Source: an uncultured Planctomycetaceae bacterium (GTDB lineage Bacteria; Planctomycetota; Planctomycetia; Isosphaerales; Isosphaeraceae). Taken from it: DNA of 64,000 nucleotides. The stretch covers positions 480,001-544,000 of the forward strand of contig CAWIAD010000002.1 in NCBI GenBank assembly GCA_963833985.1. Reading direction: 5' to 3'. Numbering within the stretch: position 1 is the stretch's first letter; each line of letters starts with the position of its first letter. The notes beneath the pieces were generated by a model. That model saw only the letters and a program-made list of their open reading frames with translations, ran no database searches and was not told the origin of the DNA. Shown here piece by piece: positions 51,520 to 64,000 of this stretch. A program made the position numbers and the translations under genes.

Positions 51520-54500
51520 TTGAGCACTCGATTGGCATGGACCAAAGCCTCCGCCCGGACCTTTTTGCAGCCGCTGAGGGCCTTGCTCGACGGCTCCGCG
51601 AATCTTGACCTGTTCTCCCATCTGCTGGTTGGCAGCTCATGCCTGGCGATCTCGCTGTTTCTGCTCTGTCGTTATGTGCGCCCCTGGAGTCGCCGAGACG
51701 TCCCGTATCAGTCGATCATCTCGACGCTCGCGGCCTTCCTCATGATTTGCGGCGTCTCGTCGCTGCTCTACGGTATCGAGGCCGGTACCGGCCGTCCCCC
51801 GATCGCAGCGGTCTCCCTGGCGATGGCCGTCGCGGCCTGCTCGTCCGTGACCGCGCTGGCACTCATGGTGCGCAGAGCAGGTCCGCCCTGCGACCCGAGG
51901 CATTTTGAGAGGGAGATCGCGGACCGGCAGCGCGCCGAGGAAGCGCTGTGCAAGAACGAAGTGATCGCTCGCAGGCTCGCGCTGGCGGCCAGCCGGATCA
52001 AGAGCGCCGTGATGGTCACCGATGCGCAAGCAAGAATTGAATGGGTGAACGAGGGTTTCACGCGGCTGACGGGATACACCCTCGCCGATGCTCAGGGCCA
52101 TCACCCGGGTGAGTTCGTCGAGGGTACCGACAGCGATCCAGGGCTGCCGGCGGCCTTGAACGAACGCATGCGCAGGGCAGGGGTTCCAGGGTGAGCTCGT
52201 CGGCCACGCGCGGTGCGGACGGAAGTACTGGGCCACCATCGAGGTTCAACCCATTCTTGATGAGGCGGGACGGCTGCAAAGTTTCATTGCCGTGGAAAGC
52301 GATATCACGGAACGGAAGCGCGCCGAGCGCCCCATGCAAGTGCAGCACGAGACCGTGAGGATTCTGGCCGAGTGCGGCCGGCTGGAGGAGGCACTTCCCC
52401 GCCTCCTCGCCGCGATCGGTCAGTCGCTGGATTTCGACCTCGGGGAGTGCTGGATGGTTGACCGCCAGACCGGGCTGTTGCGCACCGCGGCCACGCCCTG
52501 GACGTCGCGGCAGGTGGACCGGGACTCCATCGGCACGGCGTTGCCGCGCGCGCGTTCACCGCATGACGGACTGCCCGGGCGTGTCCTTGGCACTGGCTCA
52601 TCAGTCTGGGTCGGCGACGTGAGGCACGAGCCGGGCCGTGGCGCTGAGAACCAGGAAAAGCTCGCCGCCCGGGCCGGACTTCGTGGGGCACTTGGCTTTC
52701 CGATCGCCGTCAGCGAGGCCGGGCCGATCCTGGGGGTGATGTGCTTCTTCTCGCGAGAGCCCCTGGAACGCGACGACCTGCTCTTGCAGGCTTCGATCAC
52801 GCTGGGGCGGCAGATCGGCCTGTTCATCGAGCGACGACGGGCTGAGGACGAGCTGATGAAGGTCAACGCACGGCTCAACGCTCTGCTTGACGCATCCACG
52901 GAAGTCTCGATCATCGCAACGGATCCCCAGGGGTTGATCACGGTCTTCAACCGTGGCGCCGAGCGGATGCTGGGGTATTCCGGGGCCGAGATGGTCGGCT
53001 CGGCAATGCCACTACGAATCCATGACGAGGATGAGGTAGCGGCGCACGCGGCGCGGCTCTCGGCCGAGTTCGGCACCGTGGTCTCGGGCTTTGACACCTT
53101 CGCCGAACGGGCGCGGAGAGGCGGCCACGACGTCGGCGAGTGGACCTACATTCGCAAGGATGGAAGGCGGCTGAGGGTGCTCCTGGCAGTGACCGCGGTG
53201 TTCGACCCCGATGGAAGCATCAACGGCTTTCTTGGCGTCGCCACCGACCTGACCGAGCGGCATCGCGCCGAGCGCGAGCTCCGCGCCAGCGAGGCGCGCT
53301 TTCGCCGCCTGGTGGAGTCGAACATCTTTGGCGTGGTCTTTGGCGACATCAAGGGCAACATCACGGATGCGAATGATGCGTTCCTGGAGATGGTCGGCTA
53401 CACGCGCGAGCAAATGAACGCCGGCCAGCTTCCCTGGGATGCGCTCATCCCCGCAAGCTCGGTGCGGCTCTTGCAGCGCTGCCGCGCCGGGCTGAAGCGC
53501 CGGGGGAGCTGCACTCCCTTCGAGCTGGAATGCCGGCGGGCGGACGGCCAGCCGCTGCCGGTACTCCTGGGCGTGGCCCTGCTGGACGCCCACCGCCCGG
53601 CGGAAGCCGGCGCCCCTGTGGTTGCATTCTGCCTGGACCTCTCGGAACGAAAGAGGCTGGAAGATCAGCTGCGCAGGCACGCGCGTGAGCTGGCGGAAGC
53701 CGACGTCCGGAAGAACGAGTTCCTGGCCATGCTCGGGCATGAACTGCGAAACCCGCTGGCTCCCATCCGCAACGCCGTCAAGATCATGAGACAGCGCGGC
53801 AGCGAAGACCATGCCCTCTGCTGGGCCCGCGATCTGATCGATCAACAGACGCGCCAGATGGCGCAGCTGGTGGACGATCTGCTGGATATCTCGCGCGTGA
53901 CCCGGGGCAAGGTCCGCCTCCAGAGGGAAGTGATCGCGGTCGCCACGATCGTGGCCTACGCCGTGGAGACCAGCCGGCCGCTGATCGACTCCCACCGGCA
54001 TCGCTTCTCGATCAAGCTCCCACCGGAACCCATCCTGGTGCATGTCGACGCCTTGCGCATGGCGCAGGTGCTCTCCAATCTATTGAACAATGCGGCCAAG
54101 TACACCGAGGATCACGGGCACATCCATCTGTCCGTCGCCAGGCAGGGCGAAAACGTCGTCTTCCAGGTCCGTGATAACGGCATCGGAATTGCACCTGAGA
54201 TGCTCTCCATCGTGTTCGACCTGTTCACCCAGGTCGATCACTCGCTGGACCGATCCAGCGGTGGGCTCGGGCTGGGACTGACCGTGGTTCGCAGCCTGGT
54301 CGAGATGCACGGCGGCCGCGTACATGCCACCAGCGAGGGGCTGGGAAAGGGCTGCGAATTCACGGTGCGGTTGCCGACCTGGAAAGCAAGCGAAGCCGTA
54401 CCCATGGAAGAGCTCCCGATCCAGGCGACTGCGCCTCAAGCAGCAGCGCCTGCCGCCTCCGAGACCCCACGCAGCCGCAAGGTGCTCGTGGTCGATGACA

Positions 54501-54916
54501 ATGTCACCTCGGCTCAGAGCCTGGAGCTGCTCCTGGCTCTCGAGGGACACTCCGTGCAGGTCATCCATGACGGCCCCTCGGTGCTGCCGGCCCTCCGCCA
54601 GAACCGGCACGAAGTCGTCCTCATGGATATCGGCTTGCCGGGCATGAACGGCTACGAGGTCGCCCGTCAGATTCGCCAGCAACCGGATCTGAACCATCCG
54701 CTGCTGGTGGCGGTCACGGGCTATGCCGAGGACGCGGCGCGGCAGCTCTCGCGCGAGGCCGGCTTCGACCATCACCTGGTGAAGCCCGTCGATCCCGAGT
54801 CCATCCTGGCTCTGCTGGCGTCGCTCGAGTGGACCGAACCGGACCGCGCCCGCCGAGACTCGAGCTCGGGGGCATTCCACTCCGGCCACCAGAACCAGGG
54901 CGCATCCGCGCTGTAG
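51520..54916 (+). CDS. Hybrid PAS/GAF sensor histidine kinase-response regulator (frameshift ~52180-52220)
   Basis: TM N-terminus, PAS, GAF, FLAMLGHELRNPL H-box, NLLNNAAKYT, GLGLGL, and receiver VLVVDD...DIGLP...KPV. Confidence 0.9.
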
Positions 54917-55043
54917 CCTCGAAATCCCGCAGCCGATGCACCTCGGCAGCCTGCTCCGCAGCACTCTCTTCCGGTTCGATGCCAAACGCCACAACGCTCC
55001 GTCTTCGGCTCGTGCCCTGGCTCGTGCTGTCGAACGTTCCGGC

Positions 55044-56296
55044 TTATTCTCTCGCGCGATGAAGGTGATGGTCCGCGAAGTCCATGTAAGCGTTCCAGTC
55101 GTCGGCGGTGACGTCGTGCTTGCCGGGCCGGATGCGGTAGCCGATCGTGCTCTTCACCAGCGAATCGGTCGAGGGCTCTGGCCATTTCGTGATGGCCAGG
55201 CCGTCGGTGCCGAGCAGACGATAGACCGGGTCGGCCGCCCGCGCTGCCAGGAACTCACCTTTGGGATCGGCCCAGCGGTCCTCCTCCGCGCTGGAGACCA
55301 GCACGGGCCGGGGCGCAATCAGGGCGATCAGCTCATGCTGATCGAACGGCAAGAGGAACTCGCGCTCACTGAACTTCTTGAAGTTGCCGCAATACCAGTG
55401 TGGAAAGCTGGTGTTGAGATGGGCGACCGTCTCTCCGAAGATGCGCCGGCTGGCGCTGCGCCCCCGGCTCCCGAGTTGTTCGAGATCACGATCGCGAACC
55501 GGGGATCGGCCGCACCGGCCCAGAGCGCCGTCTTTCCCAGCCGCGAGTGGCCCATCAGGGCAACCCTCCGGGCATCGATTTCCTGGGCGGTCTCCAGGCA
55601 ATCGAGCATCCGGCTCAGTCCCCATGCCCAGGCCGCAATCGAGCCCCACTCGTCGGGCTCGGGCCTGGTCTGGCCCGGCTTGTAGAACAGGGGGTGAACC
55701 CCGTTCTTGAAGCCGTCGTCAAAGTCGGGGTCGATGTCGCCGTAGTACGCGGTGGCCAGAGCGTAGCCGCGGCTCAGGATGCGTTCCACCGGCCAGCGCG
55801 ACGCCGCGGCTCCCCGCGATCCCTCGGTGGCCCGGTGGTCGACAACTCCCGCCTGCGGATTATCGGGAAACCAGGCCGTCGACAGCGAGATCCCCGGGTC
55901 CGTGCTGATGGACTGGTTACCCTCGAAGTTCAGTCCGATGAAGGCCGGCACGCGATGGACCGCGGAAGCGTCTTTCGGCAGGTAGAGCAGAAGATGGATC
56001 CGGGGCGCTGACGCATCGTCCTTGAGAACGATTGCCACCTCGCGGCGGATCGCCTTGCCGCCGAGTGCCTCGCGATCTTCCGAGGTGATCGTGCAGACCG
56101 GCTTGATCGGCTGGGGAGGCTCTGGCACCTTGCCGAACATGTACGTCTCGAAGAGCCGCAGGAGCTCTGGCCTGCGCCGGGTGGTCCAGGCTTCGGCTGT
56201 CGCGATGCGCTCGCTGTCGCTGCCCGTCATGGGGTCGGGCAGGGTGTAAAGGCCGACCTTGGTCTCGTCGTAGTTGGCGGCGGGTGGTTGTGCCAT
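55044..56296 (-). CDS. CE15 / glucuronoyl esterase-like hydrolase (frameshift ~55455)
   Basis: [37 protein letters not shown] and [13 protein letters not shown]; the signal peptide may extend the start to ~56416. Confidence 0.88.
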
Positions 56297-56532
56297 GGTG
56301 AGCCGGTCCGGAGCGAGACTTCCAAGAGACAATGACAGAATGGCCGCGAGGTACTGCCGCGAGTGTCTGGAACGCCCCGGGGCGACCGATCCTGGTGGAA
56401 CCGTCAAGCGAGTCATGCGCAAGCTCCGCGGAGTGAACGTGCAAGCCGAAGTCTTCTTTCGCCTACGTGTGATGATGCTCTCCGCGAGGGGCAGGTGCAA
56501 CCGGGAAGCATCGCCGCACGAGATCGGCCGGT

Positions 56533-58090
56533 TCAGAGAGCTTCGCCGCTGGATCTCATCCGCCGGAGCATCTGCATCATCATCTCCCGCTCGGTGATGC
56601 CCATCCAGCAATGGCCCTGGCCTGGGCCGTAGGTGATCGATCCTTCATACGCTGGCGTGGCGCGAGACAGGAATGAGTCAAGCCGGTGCACGGCATTGTT
56701 CAGGAAGTAATCATCGGCCTCGCCTACCCAGATATGGATCTTGCCCTGGAGCTTGGTGCCAAGCACGGCCCAGTTCTCTTCGAGCACCCGGCGCAGGTCG
56801 TAGGCCTTCCAGTGCTCGGCAGCCGCGTGGTCGATGACTCCGGTGCGCGGGTCCCAGAGCGGCACGGGCCGGCCATCGCTTCCGCGCGGGCCGTACGCCG
56901 CGTTCCAGGCGCCCCACTGGCCGCCGGACATGGTCCACGATCCTCCCCGGCCCAGCACGTTCTCCAGCGCGCACTCGTGCCGCATCGTGTACCGCACCTC
57001 ACCCGTCTGATCGCGCGCGGCGGGCCGCTCGAAACCGTGCGGATTGACGTACGCATTCTGGTCCTTGTAAATATCAACAAGCTGGAACGAACGGAAATCG
57101 ACTCCGTCGGGGCAGAACGACCATGCGCCGTTCCAGAAATCGGGATAGAGCACCTGCAACGCGAGCGCGACCCACCCGCCCGTCGAGCCGCCGTCGAGCA
57201 CGCGTGCCGTGCCGCGGCCGATGCCCCGGTAAGTTCTTTCGATATACGGGATCAACTCCTCGGTCAGCGCAGCACCGTAGGGGCCATGGTTGGCCGAGTC
57301 AATCTGGTAGGGATCACCGAGCGGCCCGGCTCCGTCGAGCCCCACCACGATCATCCGCGGCGTGTCTTCGGCCATCCAGAGCGCGTGAAACGATGATCCC
57401 GGATTCATCCTGCGGGCGAAGTCGGTAAACCGACTTCCGTATCCGCCGATGTGCACGCGCAGCGGATAGCGCCGATCGGGCTCGCGTGCGAAGTCGCGCG
57501 GCAGGACCACCACCGCGCAGATCGATGGATCGGCCGTGGAATTCACTCAGCAGTCTCGAGCGAATCTTCACCGATTTCACCAGTTCGGTATCGGCGGGCA
57601 GCGTCTCCGCAGGCACGCTCCGCGACAGCTCCAGGGCGACGGTACCGCCTGTCACCGGGTCCAGCTTCACCAACTTGACCGGGCTGTAAAGGTCACCCGG
57701 CGCATTGGGGTGGTTCAGGTCGGTATTGGTATGCAAGAGCGCCTGCACGGCGTACGTTCGCGGCAGAAGATCAGCGAGCCGTTCGATCGGGAAGATCGTG
57801 GACCGGTCGTCGAGGATCGCCTCCTTTCCCGATGTCATGCCATTGACGTCACGGCCCAGGATGGGCGCCGCGTCCAACCCGGTCTGCCCGACCTGAAGCC
57901 TTGGCTCGGCCGTGCCGGTCTGGCCCAGCACCACCAGAAGGCGCCCCGTCCGCGCCGTGCCTGTGTCCAGGCCCGGTGCCAACGTGACGGCAAATCGGAG
58001 GGTCGTCGCGGCTGGCTCGGCCCCGCTCAACCGCTGAAACGGGAGCAGGCAAGCAAGCAACGTGAGAGACGAGAGCGCTGGCAATTTCAT
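56533..58090 (-). CDS. Exported esterase, enterochelin-esterase-like (frameshift ~57525)
   Basis: Signal peptide; DSANHGPYG.AL..ELIP, GGSTGGW.ALALQ and PDGVDFR. Confidence 0.82.
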
Positions 58091-58233
58091 GCACATAACC
58101 TGATAAAAACGGTGGGCCCTGTGAAAGGGCGGACGGATCGTTTTGACCAGGTATGTTAAGGCGACGGCGGGTGCTCTGGAAAGTGGACGGCGTTTCCGAG
58201 ATCAGTGATTGGAAGCTCAGCCGTGGGCGGGGA

Positions 58234-59329
58234 TCACCTGGAATGCGGAGGAGAGAGGTCGGGCACGTCATCGTCCTCGGACTGCCGGGGTGGTCTGGCA
58301 CTGCTGGGCTGACGCTTTGGTGCAGCGGGCTCCGGCATGGCCTGGGGCAGGTCCTCGTCGTTGGGTTGCGGGCGCCTGGCGTTCCCGGAGGATTTCTTGT
58401 TTTTCAAAGGCGCTGGCACCGCGTCCAGCTCGTCGTCGATGTCCGGTTCTGCCTGCGGTCTGACCTCGCGCCGCGGCGCGGATCGGGACGAAGATGGGGC
58501 GGGGTCCGCAAGCGTGTCCCGGCGGATGGCGCCGTCGATCTCGATTCCGTCCGCGTCATCGAGGATCGGCCCGCCGTTCACCACCACCGGAGCCTTCCGG
58601 GACCGCCCCGCGCTGACGATGCGCTCGGGCAGGGCCGTTTTCTCGGAGAGCAGCTTCTGGAGCGAGAGGGTGGAAGGAGGAACGGCCAGAGCGCTGTTGC
58701 TGGCCAGGATGGCGCCTGGGGGCACGGGCTGGTGGTAGTAATACGCGTTGGACTTATGGTCGATCTGGAGCGTGCCGCCCTCGGCCGAGACGCCCGCGAA
58801 GATGCCGTGGCTGTTGGAATAGGAGAGGATCTCGGACTTGAGCGCCGCATCGGTACTGGCCTCGAACCGCTTGCCGGCTGGTCCGGCCGCAACGCCGGCA
58901 TCCACCCCCAGCGTCAGCTTCCCTTTTCCCTTGAGGAACCGGTTCAGGCCCTTCTGGCTCTGAAAGACGAGCACCAGATCGGTCGACTGTGCACCGGCCT
59001 GGGCTCCAAAGCTCCCTCCCAGCAGGTGAATGAAGATCGGGTTGCTCCAGGTGCCATCGGGCTGGCGAACGACGAGCACGCCCTTCCCGAACCTCGCCCC
59101 GAAAATGAAGCTCATCTTGAACATATCTGGAACGATGGCGATGCCCTGCGCCTTGCGCAGTACGGCGCGGGGCATCCCGGTCTTGGGGTTGCGCGTAACC
59201 TCGCTCAGGACAAGAAGCGACTTACCGACAACCGCCTCGGGGTCTTTTTGCGCACTGCGCCGGGCTGGCGGCGAACACGGAGAGAAGGATGGAGATTCCG
59301 ATGATCCTGGAAAGGCACGTGCTTTTCAC
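58234..59329 (-). CDS. YSC84/SYLF (DUF500) lipid-binding protein (frameshift ~59248)
   Basis: AQGIAIVP...G.GVL...WSNP...GGSFGAQAGAQSTDLVLVF...SYSNSHGIFAGVS. Confidence 0.85.
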
Positions 59330-59521
59330 GGCAGGCAGACTCCTTTGCGGGCTGCAATCTCTCTGTGTCGCCGCATTGAGGGTGTTGCTCGGATGGCGTG
59401 GCATCGGCCGGCAACGCTCTTGCGCCGGCAGCCCGGCCGGTGCGGAGATGCCCCGGGGTTCGGGGCTTTTACCGCTTTCTGAGGGATCGGTCAACCGGAG
59501 TTCCCCACAGACCCGCGTGGC

Positions 59522-61261
59522 GGGTGTAAGACGCGGTTCGCGCCGTCCGAGGCCGGTGGTAGCATGTCAAGTCAAGTTTCCCAAATTGTCCGTCACCGGA
59601 AGTCCAAGGAGGGACCTGCTATGCCTTTCCGTAAGTCACCATCGATGGATCGCACCGGAGTCGAGCAGATGGCCAAAGGGTGGGGGAAAATTGTGGCGCG
59701 ACGGGTCCACGAAGAAGTTGGGCCTGACCTAGACCTCGATGCCGACGACATGGAACAAATGGCCATGACCGCGGCCTGTGCCGTGGCCCAGGGAACCATC
59801 GAGGAACTCCTGAAGCAGAAAGCCTCCCTCTTGGGGGCCGAGCAGCCTTGCCCCAACTGCAAGCGGCTCTGTCCGGTGCAACGCAACGATCGAACCATTG
59901 AATTCTGGGGAGGCAAGGTCACCTACGCCGAACCGAAGTGCCACTGCCCGGCATGTCGCCGGGATTTTTTTCCCTCAGCGTCCGGCCTTGCGCCTCACGC
60001 CACATGACTACAGCCCTTCGGTGCTGCGCAAGATCGTCCGTTGCGGTGCCCGGGAGCCCTCCTTCCGGGAGGCGGCCGAGGCGATGGCGGAATTGGCCGA
60101 GGTGACCATCGGCAGTCGGCAGATCGGCCGCATCGCCCAGGAGGTCGGCCAACAATTGCAGGCCGAGAGAGATCAGCATGTGAGCGAACTTCAAGCCCAT
60201 AAGCTCGAGCCGCGAGTCGAGACACGGCCGGCTCTGGCAGTGGTCGAGGTTGACGGCGGCCGGCTGCAGATTCGCGGCCAGGGGGAAGGGCCCGGTGCCC
60301 ATGATGCGTCCTGGCGTGAGGACAAGATCGCGATTCTGGCCACCATGGCCAATGTCGTCTCGGAATGCGATCCGGAGCCGGAGTTGCCCGCCTGCTACCG
60401 CGACCGGGGATACGTCGAGAAGCTTGTCGGCGGGATCAGCGGGGCGAGCTCGATGGGCCTACAGGAGGCCCCGGCGGAGAACATCGACGAAGCATCTCTG
60501 CCGTCCCCCGGGGATCGGTCCGAGCCGAGGGAAAGGCCCGAACTGGTGGTGCGGACTTACGTGGCGAGCACCTGCTCCAGCGAGCAATTCGGGCCGATGG
60601 TGGCCGCGGAGGCGTGGCGACGCAATCTCATGAAAGCGGCTCATCGGGCGTTCCTGGGGGACGGCTCGGCCTGGATCTGGAAATTGCAGCAACGGCATTT
60701 TCCGACCTTTCTGGCCATCGTTGATTTTCTCCACGCCCTGGGTCACCTGTTCGCGGCCGCCAAGGCTGCGGCGGTCGAGACCGAAGGCCGCTGGGAGTTG
60801 TTCCAGGCATGGGCAGAGGCCTGCTGGAAGGGACGCGTGGGCCAGGTGATCGAGGAACTCCGTACCCTGCGAGATGCCCAGGCGTCCTTATCCGGAGACG
60901 AGCTCGAACGGCTGGCCGACGATGACCCGCGCAAGATCATCGCCCAAGAACTCGGCTACCTGGAGCATAATCGAGAGCGGATGGACTACCCTGCTTATCG
61001 ACGCGGGGGATTGCCGTGGACGAGCAGTCACGTGGAGTCGACCGTGAAGATCTTCAACCGGCGGGTCAAGGGGTCGGAGAAATTCTGGAGCGACGCCGGT
61101 GCCGAGACGATGCTTCAGCTTCGAGCGTCGTTCCTCTCGGAGGACGGACGCCTGGATCGGTACCTCAAAGAGAGGCCCAGCAGCCCCTTCCGCAACTATA
61201 AAGCCAGGGAAACTGGGAAAGCGGCGTAGGACCTCAGAAAAACGAACCGTGTCTTACACCC
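59522..61261 (+). mobile_element. ISKra4-like insertion sequence
   Basis: TIR GGGTGTAAGAC(G/A)CGGTTCG; 9-bp TSD CCGCGTGGC (59513-59521, 61262-61270). Confidence 0.92.
59621..61229 (+). CDS. ISKra4-type transposase in two frames joined at T7C3 (59965-59974)
   Basis: CPNC...CPAC zinc ribbon; VEVDGG, FLGDGSAWIW, DFLHA, RMDY..YR..GLP and ESTVK. Confidence 0.88.
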
Positions 61262-61339
61262 CCGCGTGGCGCGGGGCCGCGGGGCCGGGCGCGGTGAGCC
61301 GCGTTTCACGGCCACGCCGGTCTGCCGCTCGGAAGGCCG

Positions 61340-62690
61340 TCAGCGATTGAAGGGGCCAAGCCACTGAACCATTTGCAGGTTCAGGCCGTAGCGCGTGCCG
61401 GGAGGGTTCACCTTGATCTGCTCACCATTCCAGTTCGGGGCGAAGTTCCCCGAGTAGCAAAGCCATGCCGTACGGCCGTCCTTGCTGATGAACTTCGAGG
61501 GCAGGTTGACAAAGTAGCCCTGCTCACCGAACGACTTCATGTAGGTCACCAGCCTCCAGGGGCCGGTGAGCTGCCGCGATTCCAGGATGTATGTGTCCAT
61601 CCGGGCGCAGGTGTTTCCACCATCGGTCACGAACATGAGGTATGTCTTCAGTGGTGCGACGTATGTCGCCGTCACGCAGCCCATGTGGTTGTTCCACTCC
61701 AGCAAGGGCCGCATCTGCTTCAGCTCGCGGCTCCAGCTCGGCGTTCCGGACGCATCGAGCCCCGCAAAGAACTCGTAAGCCGCGGCCTCGTTGATGCAGT
61801 CGAGTCGCGGCGTGACGCGCAGCAAGTAGACCTGGTCGGCGGTAATCCAGCTCAAGTTGGCCATCCGCGGCCGCGGATCAGAGGGTTCGGCACCCTGGGC
61901 CAGCAGGTAGGCCTTGCCGTCGGGCGAGTGTTCCATGTCCTTGCCAAAATCCACGAAGTGAGGAGCACCGATCTTGATGGGATGGCCCCACATCCCGGTC
62001 TCGCCAAAGAGCGGATGCTCCGGCGTATGCGCCGTCTCGGTCCAGGTCCTGCCGTGATCGGCCGAGACGCGGAAGCCCACCAGCGGCCCCAGCCACGGCC
62101 AGTTGTACACGGTGGCGCCGAACTTCATCATCCCGGCGGGCGCGAGGCAATACGTCCCGTAGAACCAGAGATCTCCGTACGCCAGGCTGCCGCAGGGATA
62201 GCGGCCCGCATAGGGAAATGGATCAGCCGCGACCTTTCCAAGGTTCCGGACCGTCAAGTGCAGCGGATCGTCTCCGATCAGCACGGCCTGGCCGGTCGTC
62301 GCCTTGCCCGGGACCGGCTCCAGCCAGCGCGTGTCGTTGATCTGCTTCTCCACCACTCCGTCGGACGTGGAGCTCTCGCCGTGCACGTCGCCATCGGTCC
62401 ACGGCGAGTACAGGTTGCCGTCGGACGCCCAGGTGGGATACCAGGTGTCGGCGAACCGGTAATCGCTGTGCATGCCGAGGAACCTGATCCCCTGGATCTC
62501 CGTCGACGGCGGGAACGGGCAATCGGCTGGCGGTTCCGACTTCCAGACGAATGGCTCGAACGAACGGCCGGGTTTCGCGGGCTCCTCTCCCCGGGCCGCC
62601 GCCGTCATGATGACTCCCAGGAGGCATGCCAGAAAGACAAGAAACGATCGGTCATCAGGTAAGCGTGTCATTCTGTCTCCATCGACAGTC
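61340..62690 (-). CDS. Exported hypothetical protein (possible beta-propeller glycoside hydrolase)
   Basis: Signal peptide; ADTWYPTWASDGNLY, an Asp-box-like SADHGRTW and LTGPW. Confidence 0.65.
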
Positions 62691-62716
62691 ATGCCAGACG
62701 GTCCCACGGCGGGCGT

Positions 62717-63287
62717 TCACGCTCGGCGCACGGTTAGCTCGAACCCATTGCCCACGCTCACGGCGCAACTGGAGAAGCCGTGCAGCGCCCGGAGCCGCGC
62801 CACGAAGGGCGCCAGCTCGACGGAATGGGTCGTGGTATTGTCTGTTACGAGCATGCAGTCCGGCGCGAGCTTGTTCCAGACTCCGTCGAGGTACTGATCG
62901 CTCTGCTCCTTGGTGGCGTCGATGAACACGAAGTCGAACGGGGTGGCGGGCTCAAGGTTGGTCAGGACGGCTCGCGCATCGCCTTCGTGAAAGGTGACCG
63001 CATCGGCCAGCCCCGCTTCGCTCAGGCTCTGCGAAGCGGCCCGTACCTTCTTTGGATCGGCATCGATGGTGTGGACGTGGCCGCCCTGCGCGCTGGCCGC
63101 GGCTGTGAGGTGCAAGGTCGAGAAACCGTAGCTGGTGCCGATTTCGCAGATCGACCGGCAGCGCCCGATACGGACGAGCTGCGCGAGCACCTCGGCCTCG
63201 TCGCGCGGGATCTGCCAGTGATCCTCCACCTGCTCCCGTAACCGATCGACCTTGTCGATCACCGCCTGGATGCGATCTGAAAACATG
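62717..63287 (-). CDS. Class I SAM-dependent O-methyltransferase
   Basis: EIGTSYGFST, GDA, FDFVFIDATK and LVTDN. Confidence 0.9.
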
Positions 63288-63474
63288 CCAAGTGTCCCCG
63301 GGTGCATCAAACGCTCGTAGGCAAGAAATCCATCTTAACACGCGAGCCCGCGACTGCGCCCTTGCCAGCGTCGGCCCGGCCAGTAATCTGGGTTGGGGCA
63401 TGCCGGCGAACGCGTCTGCCCCGCGATGTCTTCCCACCCCTGTTCCTGGTCGCTCAAGGATCGGCAGGCTCGGC

Positions 63475-64000
63475 ATGAAGATCGTGGCCATCGAGGTTTA
63501 CCCGCTGACCGGCGGTACCGTGGACGGGGGCTGGCCACAGGGGCACGAGCCGCAAGAGAACCTGCACACGCTGCTCAGCATCCAGACCGACGAGGGCCTC
63601 TCCGGCTGGGGCAGTTGCTTCACCTCGGGCAAGCTTGTCCTCGGCGCCATCGAAATGCTCTGGCCCCTGCTCGAGGGCCAGTCGGCCGTGGAGCCGGAAC
63701 GGGTCTCGGAGACCCTCCGCCAGGCAAGCTTCTGGCAAGGCAGGGGAGGCGCTGTCGAGCACGCGATCAGCGGCATCGACATCGCACTCTGGGACATCAT
63801 GGGCAAGGCCTGCGGCCAACCGGTCTCGCGCCTGCTGGGCGGCAACTACCGCGAAACCATCAAGCCGTATGGATCGATCCTGTTCGACGAACCGGAGAAG
63901 TTGCGGAAGACGCTGGAGAACGTGGTGGAGCGCGGGTTCCGGGCAATCAAGCTTGGCTGGCGGCCGTTCGGCCGGCGCGACCGCACGTTCGACGAGCTGC
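63475..64000 (+). CDS. Mandelate racemase/muconate lactonizing enzyme family (partial)
   Basis: IQTDEGLSGWG, AISGIDIALWDIMGKACGQPVSRLLGG and GFRAIKLG; runs off the end of the window. Confidence 0.9.
   Translation, partial: MKIVAIEVYPLTGGTVDGGWPQGHEPQENLHTLLSIQTDEGLSGWGSCFTSGKLVLGAIEMLWPLLEGQSAVEPERVSETLRQASFWQGRGGAVEHAISGIDIALWDIMGKACGQPVSRLLGGNYRETIKPYGSILFDEPEKLRKTLENVVERGFRAIKLGWRPFGRRDRTFDEL

Noticed and set aside
1..64000. tRNA, rRNA, prophage or conjugation genes
   Set aside because: None recognised by eye; tRNAscan-SE or Rfam scans would be needed to exclude them fully.

Overview
GC-rich Planctomycetota DNA, probably Isosphaeraceae-like, judged from the DUF1559 prepilin, LEPR-XLL, PEP-CTERM, extended ECF sigma factor and planctomycete LRR genes. 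Positions ~31.9-64 kb look like ordinary chromosome: GH116, ECF sigma, hydrolases, TetR-ABC exporter, rtcA, a hybrid kinase, a CE15 esterase and one ISKra4-like IS. Positions ~8.05-31.5 kb form an accessory array. In it, nine co-oriented full or partial copies of a ~170-bp inverted-repeat element (family A, AAATGGGGCCACCCA...TGGGTGGCCCCGTTTT) and related AAANGGG...CCCNTTT elements separate short, unrelated gene modules. The modules are toxin-antitoxin pairs, PEP-CTERM, LRR, Uma2, ankyrin and heme-c proteins. The elements have nested, stuttered ends and are fused to fragments of a REP-associated (RAYT-like, Y1/HUH) transposase, which carries its own GCAG-REP clusters. No integron integrase or intact RAYT is present in the window. 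The best candidate for a novel system is an integron-like gene-cassette array built on REP/REPIN-type elements and an HUH transposase; that mechanism is inferred. Four IS elements (ISAs1, IS4, IS3, IS21) sit inside the array. About a dozen single-base frameshifts in ordinary genes suggest indel errors in the assembly.
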